The translations under genes were made by a program, and so were the position numbers. 64,000 nucleotides of DNA from a virus: positions 32,187 to 96,186 of IMG/VR virus record IMGVR_UViG_3300034759_000344, one strand, 5' to 3'. The notes below the pieces were generated by a model that saw nothing but the letters and a program-made list of their open reading frames with translations, did not search any database and was not told where the DNA came from. Shown here piece after piece: positions 26,940-37,085 of this stretch. The first letter of the stretch is position 1, and each line of letters starts with the position of its first letter.

Positions 26940-27188
26940 TTACACCTCCATGGGAATCAAATACATTTCAGAGAGTTTATGGCAGGTATAGATACTTACG
27001 GTCTTCAAGTTAATGAAGTATGTGTTGTTTTCCCACTCTACTTCCAGGTTGTATCCAGGGTTTACGTAGTTCATAATTGACTGCAGTACTGGAAAAGATC
27101 CTCTGATGCGAATTCTGTTTCCTGTAGGCAGCTCATCTACCCCGACATAATCTACTTCAAACTCTCTTCCATTTATTAAAATATTCAT
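26940..27188 (-). CDS. Hypothetical protein
   Basis: 82 aa, ATGA-coupled to the fibre gene. Confidence 0.55.
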   Translation of the reverse strand: MNILINGREFEVDYVGVDELPTGNRIRIRGSFPVLQSIMNYVNPGYNLEVEWENNTYFINLKTVSIYTCHKLSEMYLIPMEV

Positions 27189-28282
27189 CTTATCAACACC
27201 TTTATTTTCCTAACTTCATGCCGTCCTACACTTTCCATAGCTTTAGCTACCACTTCTTGGTTGCGTTTGGCTTTTTTCAGCATCCCGTCTTTTCCTACAG
27301 TAAGTGGGTCTCCAGGTTTCACGCCTTTTTTACCACCATCCACTTTGGCATACACTTGACCTACTAAAGCTAAAGGAACTTTCTTGTGTTTTTGGTATTC
27401 TTCTTCCCAGTTATGGGTCATACCTAAAAGCAGTCCTGGATGATAAGAAACTATACCTGCAAAGCTACCTCCATTTACTGCTTTCATAACCCTACCGTCA
27501 TCTGTGAACACCATTACTGTACCTTCTTCAGGCAGCCTAGGTTCTACAGTAATAAATCCTTCAGCAAGGTCGGAATTGTACACGGCTCCCACTAATCCGT
27601 AATCATTGACATAAGCTCTGGTAGTTCCTCCAGTCTGGAAATAGATAGTTTGCCCTGAAGGAACATTTATGCCAGTAGCTGAAGTGTTGCTTTTCCATAC
27701 AAAGTCCTCAGCATGTTTATTATCTACAGTATCGGCATTGTCAGCCTGCTCTACACTTCCATCACTATCTGGGTCATAGGTAGCTTTGGTCATCTCTCCA
27801 GCTACAGTGTAATTACTGCCATCAGTTGAAAACTCAAGCAGGGAGCCGTTAACCCTGAAGTGGATGTTATCTACGGTATCTGAATTGTCAGCTTGTTCTA
27901 CGCTTCCATCATCATCAGGGTCATAAGCGGATTTAGTCATTTCCCCAGCTACAATGTAGTTGCGACCGTCAGTCGAAAATTCCAGCAGTCCAGCGCTGAC
28001 TCTTAGGTGGACGTTGTCCACGGTATCAGCATTGGCAGCCTGAGGTACCTGACCGTAGATATCGCTACCTACATGCTGGTGCTGCGCAGGAGCAGCACCA
28101 GTTTGGTCATAGGTGACTTGATGGGGATTGTTAGTGTCATTTTTGTGAGCATTTAACAATCCAGTTAAGGAAGCTATAAGACTGTCTATAGTTTCCAAAT
28201 TCCCGTTTATCTCATCGTGCCAGTTTACGTCTCCTGGTGCTGGTAAAGCAAAATTGTAGTTCGGAGTGTAGCTGTTAGCCAT
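27185..28282 (-). CDS. Tail fibre protein with C-terminal intramolecular chaperone (peptidase G2/IMC-like)
   Basis: NPHQVT, NADTVD, YDPD.DG.V..AD repeats; YNSDLAEGF...GIVS..PG...VPLALVGQVYAKV...PGD.L. Confidence 0.8.
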   Translation of the reverse strand: MANSYTPNYNFALPAPGDVNWHDEINGNLETIDSLIASLTGLLNAHKNDTNNPHQVTYDQTGAAPAQHQHVGSDIYGQVPQAANADTVDNVHLRVSAGLLEFSTDGRNYIVAGEMTKSAYDPDDDGSVEQADNSDTVDNIHFRVNGSLLEFSTDGSNYTVAGEMTKATYDPDSDGSVEQADNADTVDNKHAEDFVWKSNTSATGINVPSGQTIYFQTGGTTRAYVNDYGLVGAVYNSDLAEGFITVEPRLPEEGTVMVFTDDGRVMKAVNGGSFAGIVSYHPGLLLGMTHNWEEEYQKHKKVPLALVGQVYAKVDGGKKGVKPGDPLTVGKDGMLKKAKRNQEVVAKAMESVGRHEVRKIKVLIR

Positions 28283-28294
28283 TTAGAACACTCC

Positions 28295-31200
28295 TTACCT
28301 AAGGAGTACTATCAAGTTGGTGCAAGCTGGTTGGTCAGTTACCTGTAGGGTATTCAAGTCCACTCTAACTTTAAGTGAAGTTGCTGGACTACCTAAAGTA
28401 TGAGTGTACTTTCTGCGTTCCCAGTTGTAAGCTGGAGAACCCACTAAAGTCATATTGGTGAGCTCTGTCCAATTTTGTCCGTTATCAGTAGAAATGCTTA
28501 CTGTAGCACTACAGTTGGTAGCTGATGGACGGTAAACATCACACCAAAGCTCTATGTTGGTAAACTCACCGTTGGAGATTATAGTTCTTGATACATAGGT
28601 TGCTGAAGTGTCTAATTGGTACAAAGATATCAGTAATTTGTCCGCTACTACTGGGCTCAGCCTATCAGTATTGGATTCCATTTCCAACTTCAGTTTTATG
28701 GAAGTTGCCTGGACTTTGGGAGTATCGTTTACCAGATTGTTAGCTAACGGATACCAGGTAGCTCCATTGTCAAAAGAATAGTAGAGTTTTATCTTAGTGT
28801 TTTCTGGAATGTAGGTGGTGAGCTGGGGCAGTACTTGGAGATAGTTGTAGTTAACGGTTTCGGTAACTATGGTGGCACTGCTTGCTGTAAACTGAGCTCG
28901 GTAGATTTTGAATTTAATATCCCAAGTTTGATGGTCTGCCCAGGCTAGGGCGTTGGACGAGGAGAACATCAGTCCTTGCAAGTAAGGCTGTCTGGATATG
29001 GGAGCTCCAGTTAGTAGGTCTGATTGTCCCATTTCAGCGTAGAACACTTCGTATGCAGTACTGTCGGAGGAAATTGTTATGCAGTAGTAGTTTTCTCCTA
29101 ACAGCAGGATTGGTGAGTCAAAAGTTATTACCGTTTCTGCTGAGGAATCATCAGATACATTTATTTGGTCTGGTGTAACGGTTTTGCTGGCTATAATATC
29201 TTCTCCAGGATAACCATTCACCACATTTCTTATTTGTACAGTTACTGGGATGTTATTACTGTCTTTCTTTTTGAAGTAGAGCCCTACTGAGGTTATGAAA
29301 CAGGTATCTCCTACGTAGAAAGTTTGAGCTACAGGATCTTTTCCGTTGTTGCAAGTTTTTTTGTTTGCAGCACTACCCAGGAATCCTCCAAAAATGGCTC
29401 CAAGCAAAGCTCCTATTGGACCAGCTACCATTGCACCTATAGCTGCTCCTGTAGCTGCTCCAACTACAGTAGAAGCTGAACTTGAAGAGCTGGATGATGA
29501 TGGCTTAGGGGTACTTGTTGGTTGGTTGGTGGGTTGTGAAATAGCGCAGTTTTGAGATGGACGGGGAATGGGACAGGGAGGTGGTGTGTAGTTTGGAGCG
29601 CTCTGGTTGTAGATGGTTCTTTCCACTTGATTAATCTTTACTCTTTCGTAGACGTCCCTTACGCCATTGGCATAGAAGTAAGTTTCTGCGCTTTGGTAGT
29701 CGTTTTTAACCTCTATTTTCTTAAGTCCTGTTGTAAATTTGTTGGCAGGTAAGGTTACGGTCAGAGCAAAAGTGCCGTCGCTTTTGGATTTCACTGTTCC
29801 TACATCTGTTCCCAAAGGAGTACCTTCTATAGGAGTGGCTACTAAGTTTACTCCGTCAACGTAAACTTTCAGATTATCTTGGTCGGGATAGAAGTTAGAT
29901 CCTCTAATGGTTATGGTAGTGTCTTCAGGTATTAATTCTAGTGATTCCTGACGTAGCAGTCTGTTTTCAAACCAAGAGCTGATAATTCTATCAGATACTG
30001 AGTTTCTTGGATGGAAGCGGTCGTAACGAGCGTACTTGGTGTTTATAACTACTGTTTCTGTGGATTCATTGATGATCACATCGGAGTTGTATATCTTTTC
30101 GCTTGGATCTGTGCTTAAGAATGGTTCCCGCTCGAATAGAGCATACTGGTTAACTCGAATACTGGACGAAGCTTTTGGTTGTTCTATGTAAATCGTTTCT
30201 TCATAGGGAAGGATGTAAGCGTTTTGTGTCTTTTGAGCTGTTGAAGATGCTACAGGTAAAGCTACATGATTTACTTCGGAGTAACCAGGAACAAAAGCTT
30301 GTAATTCAGGTACGATAGCCCCGTTCCAGTTAGGATGGTAAATGTCTGCTTTGGTGTATCCCACACAACCCTCGGAGAACATACCCACTAAGTCGGTGGG
30401 TGAAGAGCCCAAGTTTACTGGGTCGTCGAGCTGAGATAAAGCTAAATTGTATTCAAGCATTTCCACTCTGCGAATTAGCTCGTGCAGTTCAGGCATTGAT
30501 ATGCGTTTCAAGTTGTAGTTAGTGACTTCTAATTGATTGGAGTTAGGTGGGAAATAGATTTCGCAGAGCGGTAGAGAAGTAGATGGTGGAATAGGTTTTT
30601 TGTTGAACCCAACGTCTGCTGGTTCGCCTTCTAAGCGTGTTATGTTACCGTCTTTATCCAAATAAAGAACATCGGTTCTGGCTAAGTAGTAGTCGTAGTC
30701 AACTTCAAAGTACGAACCGTCTACTATGTTATCTACGGTGGGTAGAAACTTGATAATGGTGTCTCCTTTGGTGTCGGTAGTTACTTGGTAATCGTTGCCT
30801 TCTCCAGGAACCAGTATTTTCTGGTAGATAAAAGTTACCGTGTAAGATGTTCCTGGATTAGGTTCTGCTCCTAGTGGAGACCAATCAATTATGTTCCCAT
30901 TTACAATGTTGTAATCTGTGCCTGCAGTATAAGTGGTAGTGTCTTGCTTAACTTCGATTACTTGCAGTACGTTGTTGAAGGGTATAGTATCTGCTCCACC
31001 GATGGTTGCACCGCGTACCATGTTGTAATCGGTTACCTGAACGTTGGCTCTTACTACGTTTACAGAGGCTACAGGTTGCTTGTAAAGAGCGTAGTCGGTA
31101 GTTCCCGATTGGTAGAGGTGCATCTCATCGGTTATTGATCTGGTGGAAGTGCAGGGATTCACCGTATTAATAACTGGAGAAGGAATGGAAACTTCATATC

Positions 31201-31864
31201 CTAAAACATAAGCTTTACCTGGAGCAGTAATCAAGTCCGCTTTACCATCTTCTCGAAGCAAAGCTGAAGTAGTCAACCCTCTTACCAGGTAGTTTTCGGA
31301 TTCATCGTAAGTTCTGCGGGCTAAGATGTTTAAAATGGTGGAGTATTCGGTAGCCTGGCGGTGCTGAACTAATGCACCATCTTTAAGTTCGTACAGTTTG
31401 ATGGTTGGGGTGGGACTTAACACCACTTGGGTGGTAATTTTCAAGCGGTGGGCACCAGGTTTTCCGTAACCTCTTCCACCTGGATAGATGTCTCTCAAGT
31501 CAGGGTCTTCTTCTTCAGTGACTATCTCTTCAGTTATATCAACTCCAATTATTTCCGTACCAGTTCCCGTTATGCCTAAGACGGTTTCTGCTACGGGAAC
31601 TATAAACCCGTTGTAGTAAACACTCCCTGAAGTAATGGTTACTGTATTTCCTTCTATAACAATCTGACATCCTTCTACTATAGCTCCCTCTTTAAACAGA
31701 ATGTTGGCTAAGTCACGAAGCTGGAGCTGTACTAAGTGCTGTAGTTGGGAAAGTTCACGGGCTTGTATGTAACGTCCAGGTACTGCCAATATTTGGTAGT
31801 ACCCTTTAGCTTTTTCCTCTTCAGTCTTTATCAAGTATGGACTTTGGGTAAGGTCTACAGCCAT
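28295..31864 (-). CDS. Large baseplate/adsorption-associated tail protein (DUF4815-like)
   Basis: PGRYIQARELSQLQ, LARRTYDESENY, GKAYVLGYE, DPVAQTF. Confidence 0.8.
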   Translation of the reverse strand: MAVDLTQSPYLIKTEEEKAKGYYQILAVPGRYIQARELSQLQHLVQLQLRDLANILFKEGAIVEGCQIVIEGNTVTITSGSVYYNGFIVPVAETVLGITGTGTEIIGVDITEEIVTEEEDPDLRDIYPGGRGYGKPGAHRLKITTQVVLSPTPTIKLYELKDGALVQHRQATEYSTILNILARRTYDESENYLVRGLTTSALLREDGKADLITAPGKAYVLGYEVSIPSPVINTVNPCTSTRSITDEMHLYQSGTTDYALYKQPVASVNVVRANVQVTDYNMVRGATIGGADTIPFNNVLQVIEVKQDTTTYTAGTDYNIVNGNIIDWSPLGAEPNPGTSYTVTFIYQKILVPGEGNDYQVTTDTKGDTIIKFLPTVDNIVDGSYFEVDYDYYLARTDVLYLDKDGNITRLEGEPADVGFNKKPIPPSTSLPLCEIYFPPNSNQLEVTNYNLKRISMPELHELIRRVEMLEYNLALSQLDDPVNLGSSPTDLVGMFSEGCVGYTKADIYHPNWNGAIVPELQAFVPGYSEVNHVALPVASSTAQKTQNAYILPYEETIYIEQPKASSSIRVNQYALFEREPFLSTDPSEKIYNSDVIINESTETVVINTKYARYDRFHPRNSVSDRIISSWFENRLLRQESLELIPEDTTITIRGSNFYPDQDNLKVYVDGVNLVATPIEGTPLGTDVGTVKSKSDGTFALTVTLPANKFTTGLKKIEVKNDYQSAETYFYANGVRDVYERVKINQVERTIYNQSAPNYTPPPCPIPRPSQNCAISQPTNQPTSTPKPSSSSSSSSASTVVGAATGAAIGAMVAGPIGALLGAIFGGFLGSAANKKTCNNGKDPVAQTFYVGDTCFITSVGLYFKKKDSNNIPVTVQIRNVVNGYPGEDIIASKTVTPDQINVSDDSSAETVITFDSPILLLGENYYCITISSDSTAYEVFYAEMGQSDLLTGAPISRQPYLQGLMFSSSNALAWADHQTWDIKFKIYRAQFTASSATIVTETVNYNYLQVLPQLTTYIPENTKIKLYYSFDNGATWYPLANNLVNDTPKVQATSIKLKLEMESNTDRLSPVVADKLLISLYQLDTSATYVSRTIISNGEFTNIELWCDVYRPSATNCSATVSISTDNGQNWTELTNMTLVGSPAYNWERRKYTHTLGSPATSLKVRVDLNTLQVTDQPACTNLIVLLR

Positions 31865-31878
31865 TTACGCCACCATCC

Positions 31879-32391
31879 TTAGAAGTTGAATACGATGTAG
31901 AATACTTCGTACTGATTGGGCTGAATGTGCAGCGGTTCTCGATTAGACACCCACTCAAGGTATCCCGTAAATTCCACTTCAGATGGAAGCAGTAAGGTTT
32001 TTCCTTCATTGCCTGCAGTTGGTACCAACTTGCTGTATAGTCCTACCTGACGGAAAGTAACATCGTCACTGATATCGGTATCAGTAATAGTTGCTTTAAT
32101 GAGTATTGTGGTCACCAGGTTGTTGCGAGCAAATTCTTCGGATACTGCTTTATAAGTTACTCCTTGTACTATGTACTCGCCTGTAGTATCTTCTACCACA
32201 AAGGTTTTAACGTCTGCTTTTTTAAAGATTACTGGTTCTTCTACGTCTAAAATATCTGGACTTACTATAGGTGGATTATTTTCATCTGGCCAGGGAGTGG
32301 TTCTACCTATACAAATCCATAAATCTCCAGATATGAAATCCATAGCTCTTGATATGTTTCCAATTACAGGAATGGCAATACTATTTGGCAT
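31879..32391 (-). CDS. Baseplate wedge protein
   Basis: IGRTTPWPDENNPP, FRQVGL. Confidence 0.7.
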   Translation of the reverse strand: MPNSIAIPVIGNISRAMDFISGDLWICIGRTTPWPDENNPPIVSPDILDVEEPVIFKKADVKTFVVEDTTGEYIVQGVTYKAVSEEFARNNLVTTILIKATITDTDISDDVTFRQVGLYSKLVPTAGNEGKTLLLPSEVEFTGYLEWVSNREPLHIQPNQYEVFYIVFNF

Positions 32392-32404
32392 AATCTATTC
32401 CTCC

Positions 32405-32947
32405 TTAATATTCGTACGTAATGCGGGTATATACACTTCCGTAAGGTGTAGTACCGCCGTAACCATCTATGCCGTATCCACCAGAACTCATCAAAACGCT
32501 CTCAGCGTTGGTAATGGTTACGTTTGGTACGCTGTATGTGCTTGTGACTACCAGACTACTTTCAGTGCTAGCAGCTGCCTGAGAATAGTCGGTAATAAAA
32601 TTAAGTCGAGTAGTCCTTCCTAAGATAGTGAGAGGTTTAGGTACGTAAGTAAAGGAACTGGTAGTCAGCTCTACACCGTGGGATACGTTAGAAGTGGAAA
32701 TGGAAATAGTCGAGCGGTAGTTAATAACTGAGTACTTAGTTCCAAAAAGAGGTGTTGGAGTTGGATAGGTTTTTACCATAGCAGTTACTACAACCACTCG
32801 ATGAGCCATGGCGGGATCTCCATAAGGGTCCAGACCGTACCTGGATTTACCGTATCCTGGTACGGTTTCCATAACTCCCGTCTTGAGTTTTTCAGGAGTA
32901 GCTATGGCGTGTATGTGTACTTGAGTGCTGGTTTTTAGATAGCCCAT
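32405..32947 (-). CDS. Virion structural protein (YG-repeat)
   Basis: GYG..RYG..PYG motifs; baseplate context. Confidence 0.55.
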   Translation of the reverse strand: MGYLKTSTQVHIHAIATPEKLKTGVMETVPGYGKSRYGLDPYGDPAMAHRVVVVTAMVKTYPTPTPLFGTKYSVINYRSTISISTSNVSHGVELTTSSFTYVPKPLTILGRTTRLNFITDYSQAAASTESSLVVTSTYSVPNVTITNAESVLMSSGGYGIDGYGGTTPYGSVYTRITYEY

Positions 32948-33610
32948 TTACGCTATTCCTCCAGCATTCAACTTTCCAATGGTGTTGGTTACATAGTAAG
33001 CTCCACCAGGGTCGGTGACACACAGCACGGATTCGGTAGTTGTACTTGGGGTATAGAGACTGGTATCTGTAAGAACGGATGCGAGTACATAAGTGTAGAT
33101 TACTTGTACTCCAGCAGCCTTAGTATTCTCGACTTTAAACTTTACTTCATCACTTAGGTAATCCGGTGTTTGGATATCGATTAGTGCCCAGGTCCAATAC
33201 TTGTAGTCAGGTATTCGGGACTCGTTGGCTGTAAAGCCCCCATTTAGCGGGTAAAGCTCGGTGTGGGGTTCATATACTACTACATCTGCTTCGGCAATAT
33301 CCGAATACATAGAAACTATTCTCTTCAGTCCTGCTTTGGTTTGCTTAGGTAAAGTTACCTCTTTGATTATGCGTTCCCGATAGCTTTCATCCCCCTCCCC
33401 GCTTAACCTGGAAATTCCGAATATTTTCCCCCACTCATCTAAATACTCTCCTTTAGCCTGTAGAAAGTAAGCGTTGGAAAGCAAAGAAGTTACATCACCT
33501 TCAGCAGTTTCTACTGCACTCTGCAAAGTCCTTATCAAAGTACTGTGATCACTACCTGGTTCACTATCTGCTTTTAGGAAAGGAGGCAAAAACCTGACTA
33601 TTCTGGACAT
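32948..33610 (-). CDS. Baseplate wedge protein (P2 gpI-like)
   Basis: A.GEYLDEWG..FGI.R..GE.DESYRERI, KAAG. Confidence 0.78.
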   Translation of the reverse strand: MSRIVRFLPPFLKADSEPGSDHSTLIRTLQSAVETAEGDVTSLLSNAYFLQAKGEYLDEWGKIFGISRLSGEGDESYRERIIKEVTLPKQTKAGLKRIVSMYSDIAEADVVVYEPHTELYPLNGGFTANESRIPDYKYWTWALIDIQTPDYLSDEVKFKVENTKAAGVQVIYTYVLASVLTDTSLYTPSTTTESVLCVTDPGGAYYVTNTIGKLNAGGIA

Positions 33611-33612
33611 GG

Positions 33613-34653
33613 TTATCTATCCTCAACTGTTTGTATATTTACAGTTACCACACCGCTTTTCAGCACTTGGTTGGAGAGTATGGTGTACTGAGAATCTGGT
33701 ATCACTTCTACCGTGCGGATGATTTCAGGATGTTGAGCAAGTATTAAGCCTGCTAGGTGCTGGGGATAGAAGTCTTTTCCAACTTCCCTGGAGTTTAAGT
33801 AATTGGATACTAAAGTTTGGATACTGGAAGCAAGTTCTGTAGTGTCAACGTTGGGAACTATACCGACATTGACAGTAACATTTAGATTGATTCTACCTAT
33901 TTGTATGGGTGTGGCTTGAATGCCGGCAGCCTTTACCGATTCAATGGTCTCTTCTAGCTTTTCCTGGAGTTCAGAATCTATCTCTCCGTTTACGGTGTCC
34001 AGGTATATGTAAATACATCCTGGAAACTGCTCTTCAATCTTTACGTAGGTAACTTCTGGAAGTAAAGAAAGCTCATAACGTATGGCATCGAAAGTTCCTC
34101 TTCCCAGTGCTTTGACGAAGGAGGCAAATCTTTCCCTTTTGCTCAGTTCAGTTTCTCCATCAAAACCGCCTTCCGCAGTTTTGGGATTGGTTACTGAAAT
34201 CACATAAGGTACGTAGCTTCTAAGGTAGGTAATGGTTCCAGCAGATACGTTACCAATGCTCCCCTCGTACTGACAAACTACCGGAACGGACACTGAAGTT
34301 TCACCAGCTGCTACCTCAACATCCTGGGAAACTTCAAAAACGATTCCGTCTTTGGTAGCCAGCAGGGTTCCTTTGGGTATAACAAATGCTGGATGATCAA
34401 AAGTTAAGTTGAACTGCACATCAGTGTAAGCTTTAGTAGCCTGTAAGGCAGTAAATCCAAAAGCCTGATACACACTAGTAGCTATGGCTTTGATTATTGT
34501 TTCATGAACATACAGGTAAAGCTCTTCAATTTCTAGAGCCAAAGCTTCAAAAAAGCCTCGAATGGTAGAACCTACCGAAAAGTCAGTAACCTTCTTACAC
34601 AGTCCTTGAAAAAAAGATACTAAGCTTACAAGAACTTCTTCTGCTGTTTTCAT
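33613..34653 (-). CDS. Baseplate J-like protein
   Basis: DFSVGSTIR, G..GNV.AG.I, GGFDGET, KAAGI. Confidence 0.88.
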   Translation of the reverse strand: MKTAEEVLVSLVSFFQGLCKKVTDFSVGSTIRGFFEALALEIEELYLYVHETIIKAIATSVYQAFGFTALQATKAYTDVQFNLTFDHPAFVIPKGTLLATKDGIVFEVSQDVEVAAGETSVSVPVVCQYEGSIGNVSAGTITYLRSYVPYVISVTNPKTAEGGFDGETELSKRERFASFVKALGRGTFDAIRYELSLLPEVTYVKIEEQFPGCIYIYLDTVNGEIDSELQEKLEETIESVKAAGIQATPIQIGRINLNVTVNVGIVPNVDTTELASSIQTLVSNYLNSREVGKDFYPQHLAGLILAQHPEIIRTVEVIPDSQYTILSNQVLKSGVVTVNIQTVEDR

Positions 34654-35564
34654 ATGCGCACCACCGTGCTTAGAGGTAGAACGAGATCAGTTTTAAGCAG
34701 TACTTTGCAGGAAATATCTATACGGTCACCAAAGATCTTTACGTCGATATTGGTCACATCTTTTACCCTGAAGTCCTGCATAAGAGTTTGGCGAACTTCA
34801 AAAGCCAGGCGCTCCGGTAAATGGCTTTTAGTAGGATGTCCTATGTAAGTGGGAAGAAGTGACCCGTATTCAGGATGTAGAAAGTAAGAACCTCTTACAG
34901 TTATTAGCTTGCGCACCAAGGCTTGAGCAACATTTTCGGCTCCCGATACCAGATACAGGTCTCCTTGAGGGCCCGCTTCAACTTCCCCGAAAGTTTCGTA
35001 GTTTGCTGGGTTGTACTCAGCAAAAATGTCGGTGCCGTAGAGGTCGTTGTAGTCCAGCAAAGTGTTGGATTGACCATCGTCGATTACTACATAAATGCTT
35101 TCTCCAGGTTTCAGTACTCTTTTGTAGTATCCACCACTGAATTCGGAATCGTTGCTGATAGTTAATCCTGAGTACTCTTCAGAATCAAACTTCCAGGTGC
35201 TGTTTTCCGGTACGTTGTAAGCTTCTCCGTAACTTTCCGCAGTTACGTTTATATCTCCCTGCTGGATTCCCGACACTAAAGTTAACTCTTCTGTGGTTAA
35301 AAAACTCAACCATATTCCGTTACGCAAACAAAGCAGTCGAGTTCCTTTAGGAATAGTGACTTCAGTGTTTAACAGTTCCTCGCTTTTGGTTACGGTAACT
35401 GTACCTTGACTGTAGCCTTCCCTGGGATAGTCAGCATCTACTATATAGGGATACTCCAGATTGTTGAGGTTGATTAAGGTTTGCTCATCTTTAGTAGCTG
35501 GAAAGAGCTGCAACACGTTCTGCAGAGTATCCCAGGCTTTTAGAGTGTAGGTGCTCAAATACAT
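34650..35564 (-). CDS. Baseplate protein with C-terminal gp25/gpW-like domain
   Basis: GDL..VSG.EN..QAL...L.T.RG...HPEYGS, QDFRV. Confidence 0.78.
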   Translation of the reverse strand: MYLSTYTLKAWDTLQNVLQLFPATKDEQTLINLNNLEYPYIVDADYPREGYSQGTVTVTKSEELLNTEVTIPKGTRLLCLRNGIWLSFLTTEELTLVSGIQQGDINVTAESYGEAYNVPENSTWKFDSEEYSGLTISNDSEFSGGYYKRVLKPGESIYVVIDDGQSNTLLDYNDLYGTDIFAEYNPANYETFGEVEAGPQGDLYLVSGAENVAQALVRKLITVRGSYFLHPEYGSLLPTYIGHPTKSHLPERLAFEVRQTLMQDFRVKDVTNIDVKIFGDRIDISCKVLLKTDLVLPLSTVVRI

Positions 35565-36475
35565 AAGACTTTTTTCACTCCTCGCAGGGACTGGATCAGG
35601 AGCTTGTTGAGCTTAATGTCAGAAAATATTTTTTGGTTGTAAAGGTAAGTGTATACATCTACTAAGGGTAAGTTTACATAATTCAAATCAATAAAGCCGT
35701 GTAGGTATAAAAGATTCTTCAAGGTTTGGTGTACGTTTACTGTAACTCCGTTTATCTCTCTTTCTGGAGGGTTGCTGAGCTCTTCCTCCACCACGTTCTG
35801 CAGGGATTTAACCACTAAATAAAAGTAGTAAAGCAACGCTTCTATGCAGTAATAGTTAGGCATTTGACTGTACTTGGTATTGAGCAGGAAAAAGTTTTTA
35901 TAGTTAAAGATAAGCTGTTTAAATGAAGGATCTAAATGCAGGTTCTGAACGGGAATAGTGCTAAACTTGGTGAAAAAGTCCCCAGAAGATATCACCTCAT
36001 CCTGGAAACCTACCCTACCTATCGATTCTTGACGGGGGGCTGATAAAGCCAGATTTATTTTGCTGGGCTGCAGGGTACCAGTAGTGGTAGTTATCAGTAT
36101 AGAGGAAGCAGACCCTTGTTTAGCATAGTAAGTGTTAAAAGCAGCTGAGATGTTTTGGAAGTGCTGGTACTGTTCCGGGTTAAAGCATAGGTAGTGCAGG
36201 AATTTGGTAAGCCCTGGAGGTACCTCACTCACCTCCGCTTCCTGAATTGCGGATATTTTGGTGTAGTTATCTCCCGGTATGTAAAAAGCGATGGTATTGG
36301 GAGCTAAATAGTAATTCTTACCTATAACCACTCCGTACTCGCCGTCTATAGATAGAATGGTTCCCGGTACATAGCTTTTGGCTAGGTCGTAAGATACTTC
36401 TGCACTACGCATGATGTACTTTGTATACTCACTGCTAAAAGGATTTCGGTAAGATACTCTATGCAGTAAGCTCAT
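35555..36475 (-). CDS. Hypothetical (baseplate region)
   Basis: 306 aa, coupled on both sides. Confidence 0.55.
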   Translation of the reverse strand: MSLLHRVSYRNPFSSEYTKYIMRSAEVSYDLAKSYVPGTILSIDGEYGVVIGKNYYLAPNTIAFYIPGDNYTKISAIQEAEVSEVPPGLTKFLHYLCFNPEQYQHFQNISAAFNTYYAKQGSASSILITTTTGTLQPSKINLALSAPRQESIGRVGFQDEVISSGDFFTKFSTIPVQNLHLDPSFKQLIFNYKNFFLLNTKYSQMPNYYCIEALLYYFYLVVKSLQNVVEEELSNPPEREINGVTVNVHQTLKNLLYLHGFIDLNYVNLPLVDVYTYLYNQKIFSDIKLNKLLIQSLRGVKKVLCI

Positions 36476-37059
36476 GGGAACACCTTCAAAGGATCGTTGA
36501 AGTCTTCGCTGTTTGCAAATTCAGGAAGAGAGTTAAATGGGTAACCCATAGCTCCTGCAGGAACCCGTAGGTCCCCCCGCAGGGCTTGGGGATTATACTC
36601 GTCAAGGTAAGAATAATAAATAACGATTAGATTGATGTCGTACTGGTATAAGTACGGCTTGGAAGAGCTTCTGTTCAGGGTGAATTTCTGCGGCATAGTG
36701 ATGAACAGCAAGTTATCCGTATAGTTAAAAACGTAGAGAACTTTGGATACCGGTATTCCCGGCAGGCGGTCTTTGAACACTTCTTCATGAACTATGCGGT
36801 AGAGTTTTTTGAACTGCTCAAAAGCAGTATTCAAAGTTTGCGACTGACTGTTGCGTATGGTATCTGCAACTACACCTCTTAAAGAAAGCGTACCTATACC
36901 CAAACCAAAGTCATCTATAAAGACACCGCCTTTGGTTTGGATGGCGTTAACCCTGGTCGGTACGGTAAAGTTGTAGTCTTGAGGGTTAATAATAAGGTCG
37001 TAAGAACTTAAAATATTGTTGGTGCTCAAATCTCTTACTTCAAAAGAGAACTTTTTCAA
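36472..37059 (-). CDS. Tail/baseplate protein (tube-initiator-like)
   Basis: INPQDY...RVNAIQTKGG.FIDDFG.G...RSSSKPYLYQY. Confidence 0.7.
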   Translation of the reverse strand: MKKFSFEVRDLSTNNILSSYDLIINPQDYNFTVPTRVNAIQTKGGVFIDDFGLGIGTLSLRGVVADTIRNSQSQTLNTAFEQFKKLYRIVHEEVFKDRLPGIPVSKVLYVFNYTDNLLFITMPQKFTLNRSSSKPYLYQYDINLIVIYYSYLDEYNPQALRGDLRVPAGAMGYPFNSLPEFANSEDFNDPLKVFP

Positions 37060-37085
37060 AGCTTCCCCCCTCCAAAATATAATAT

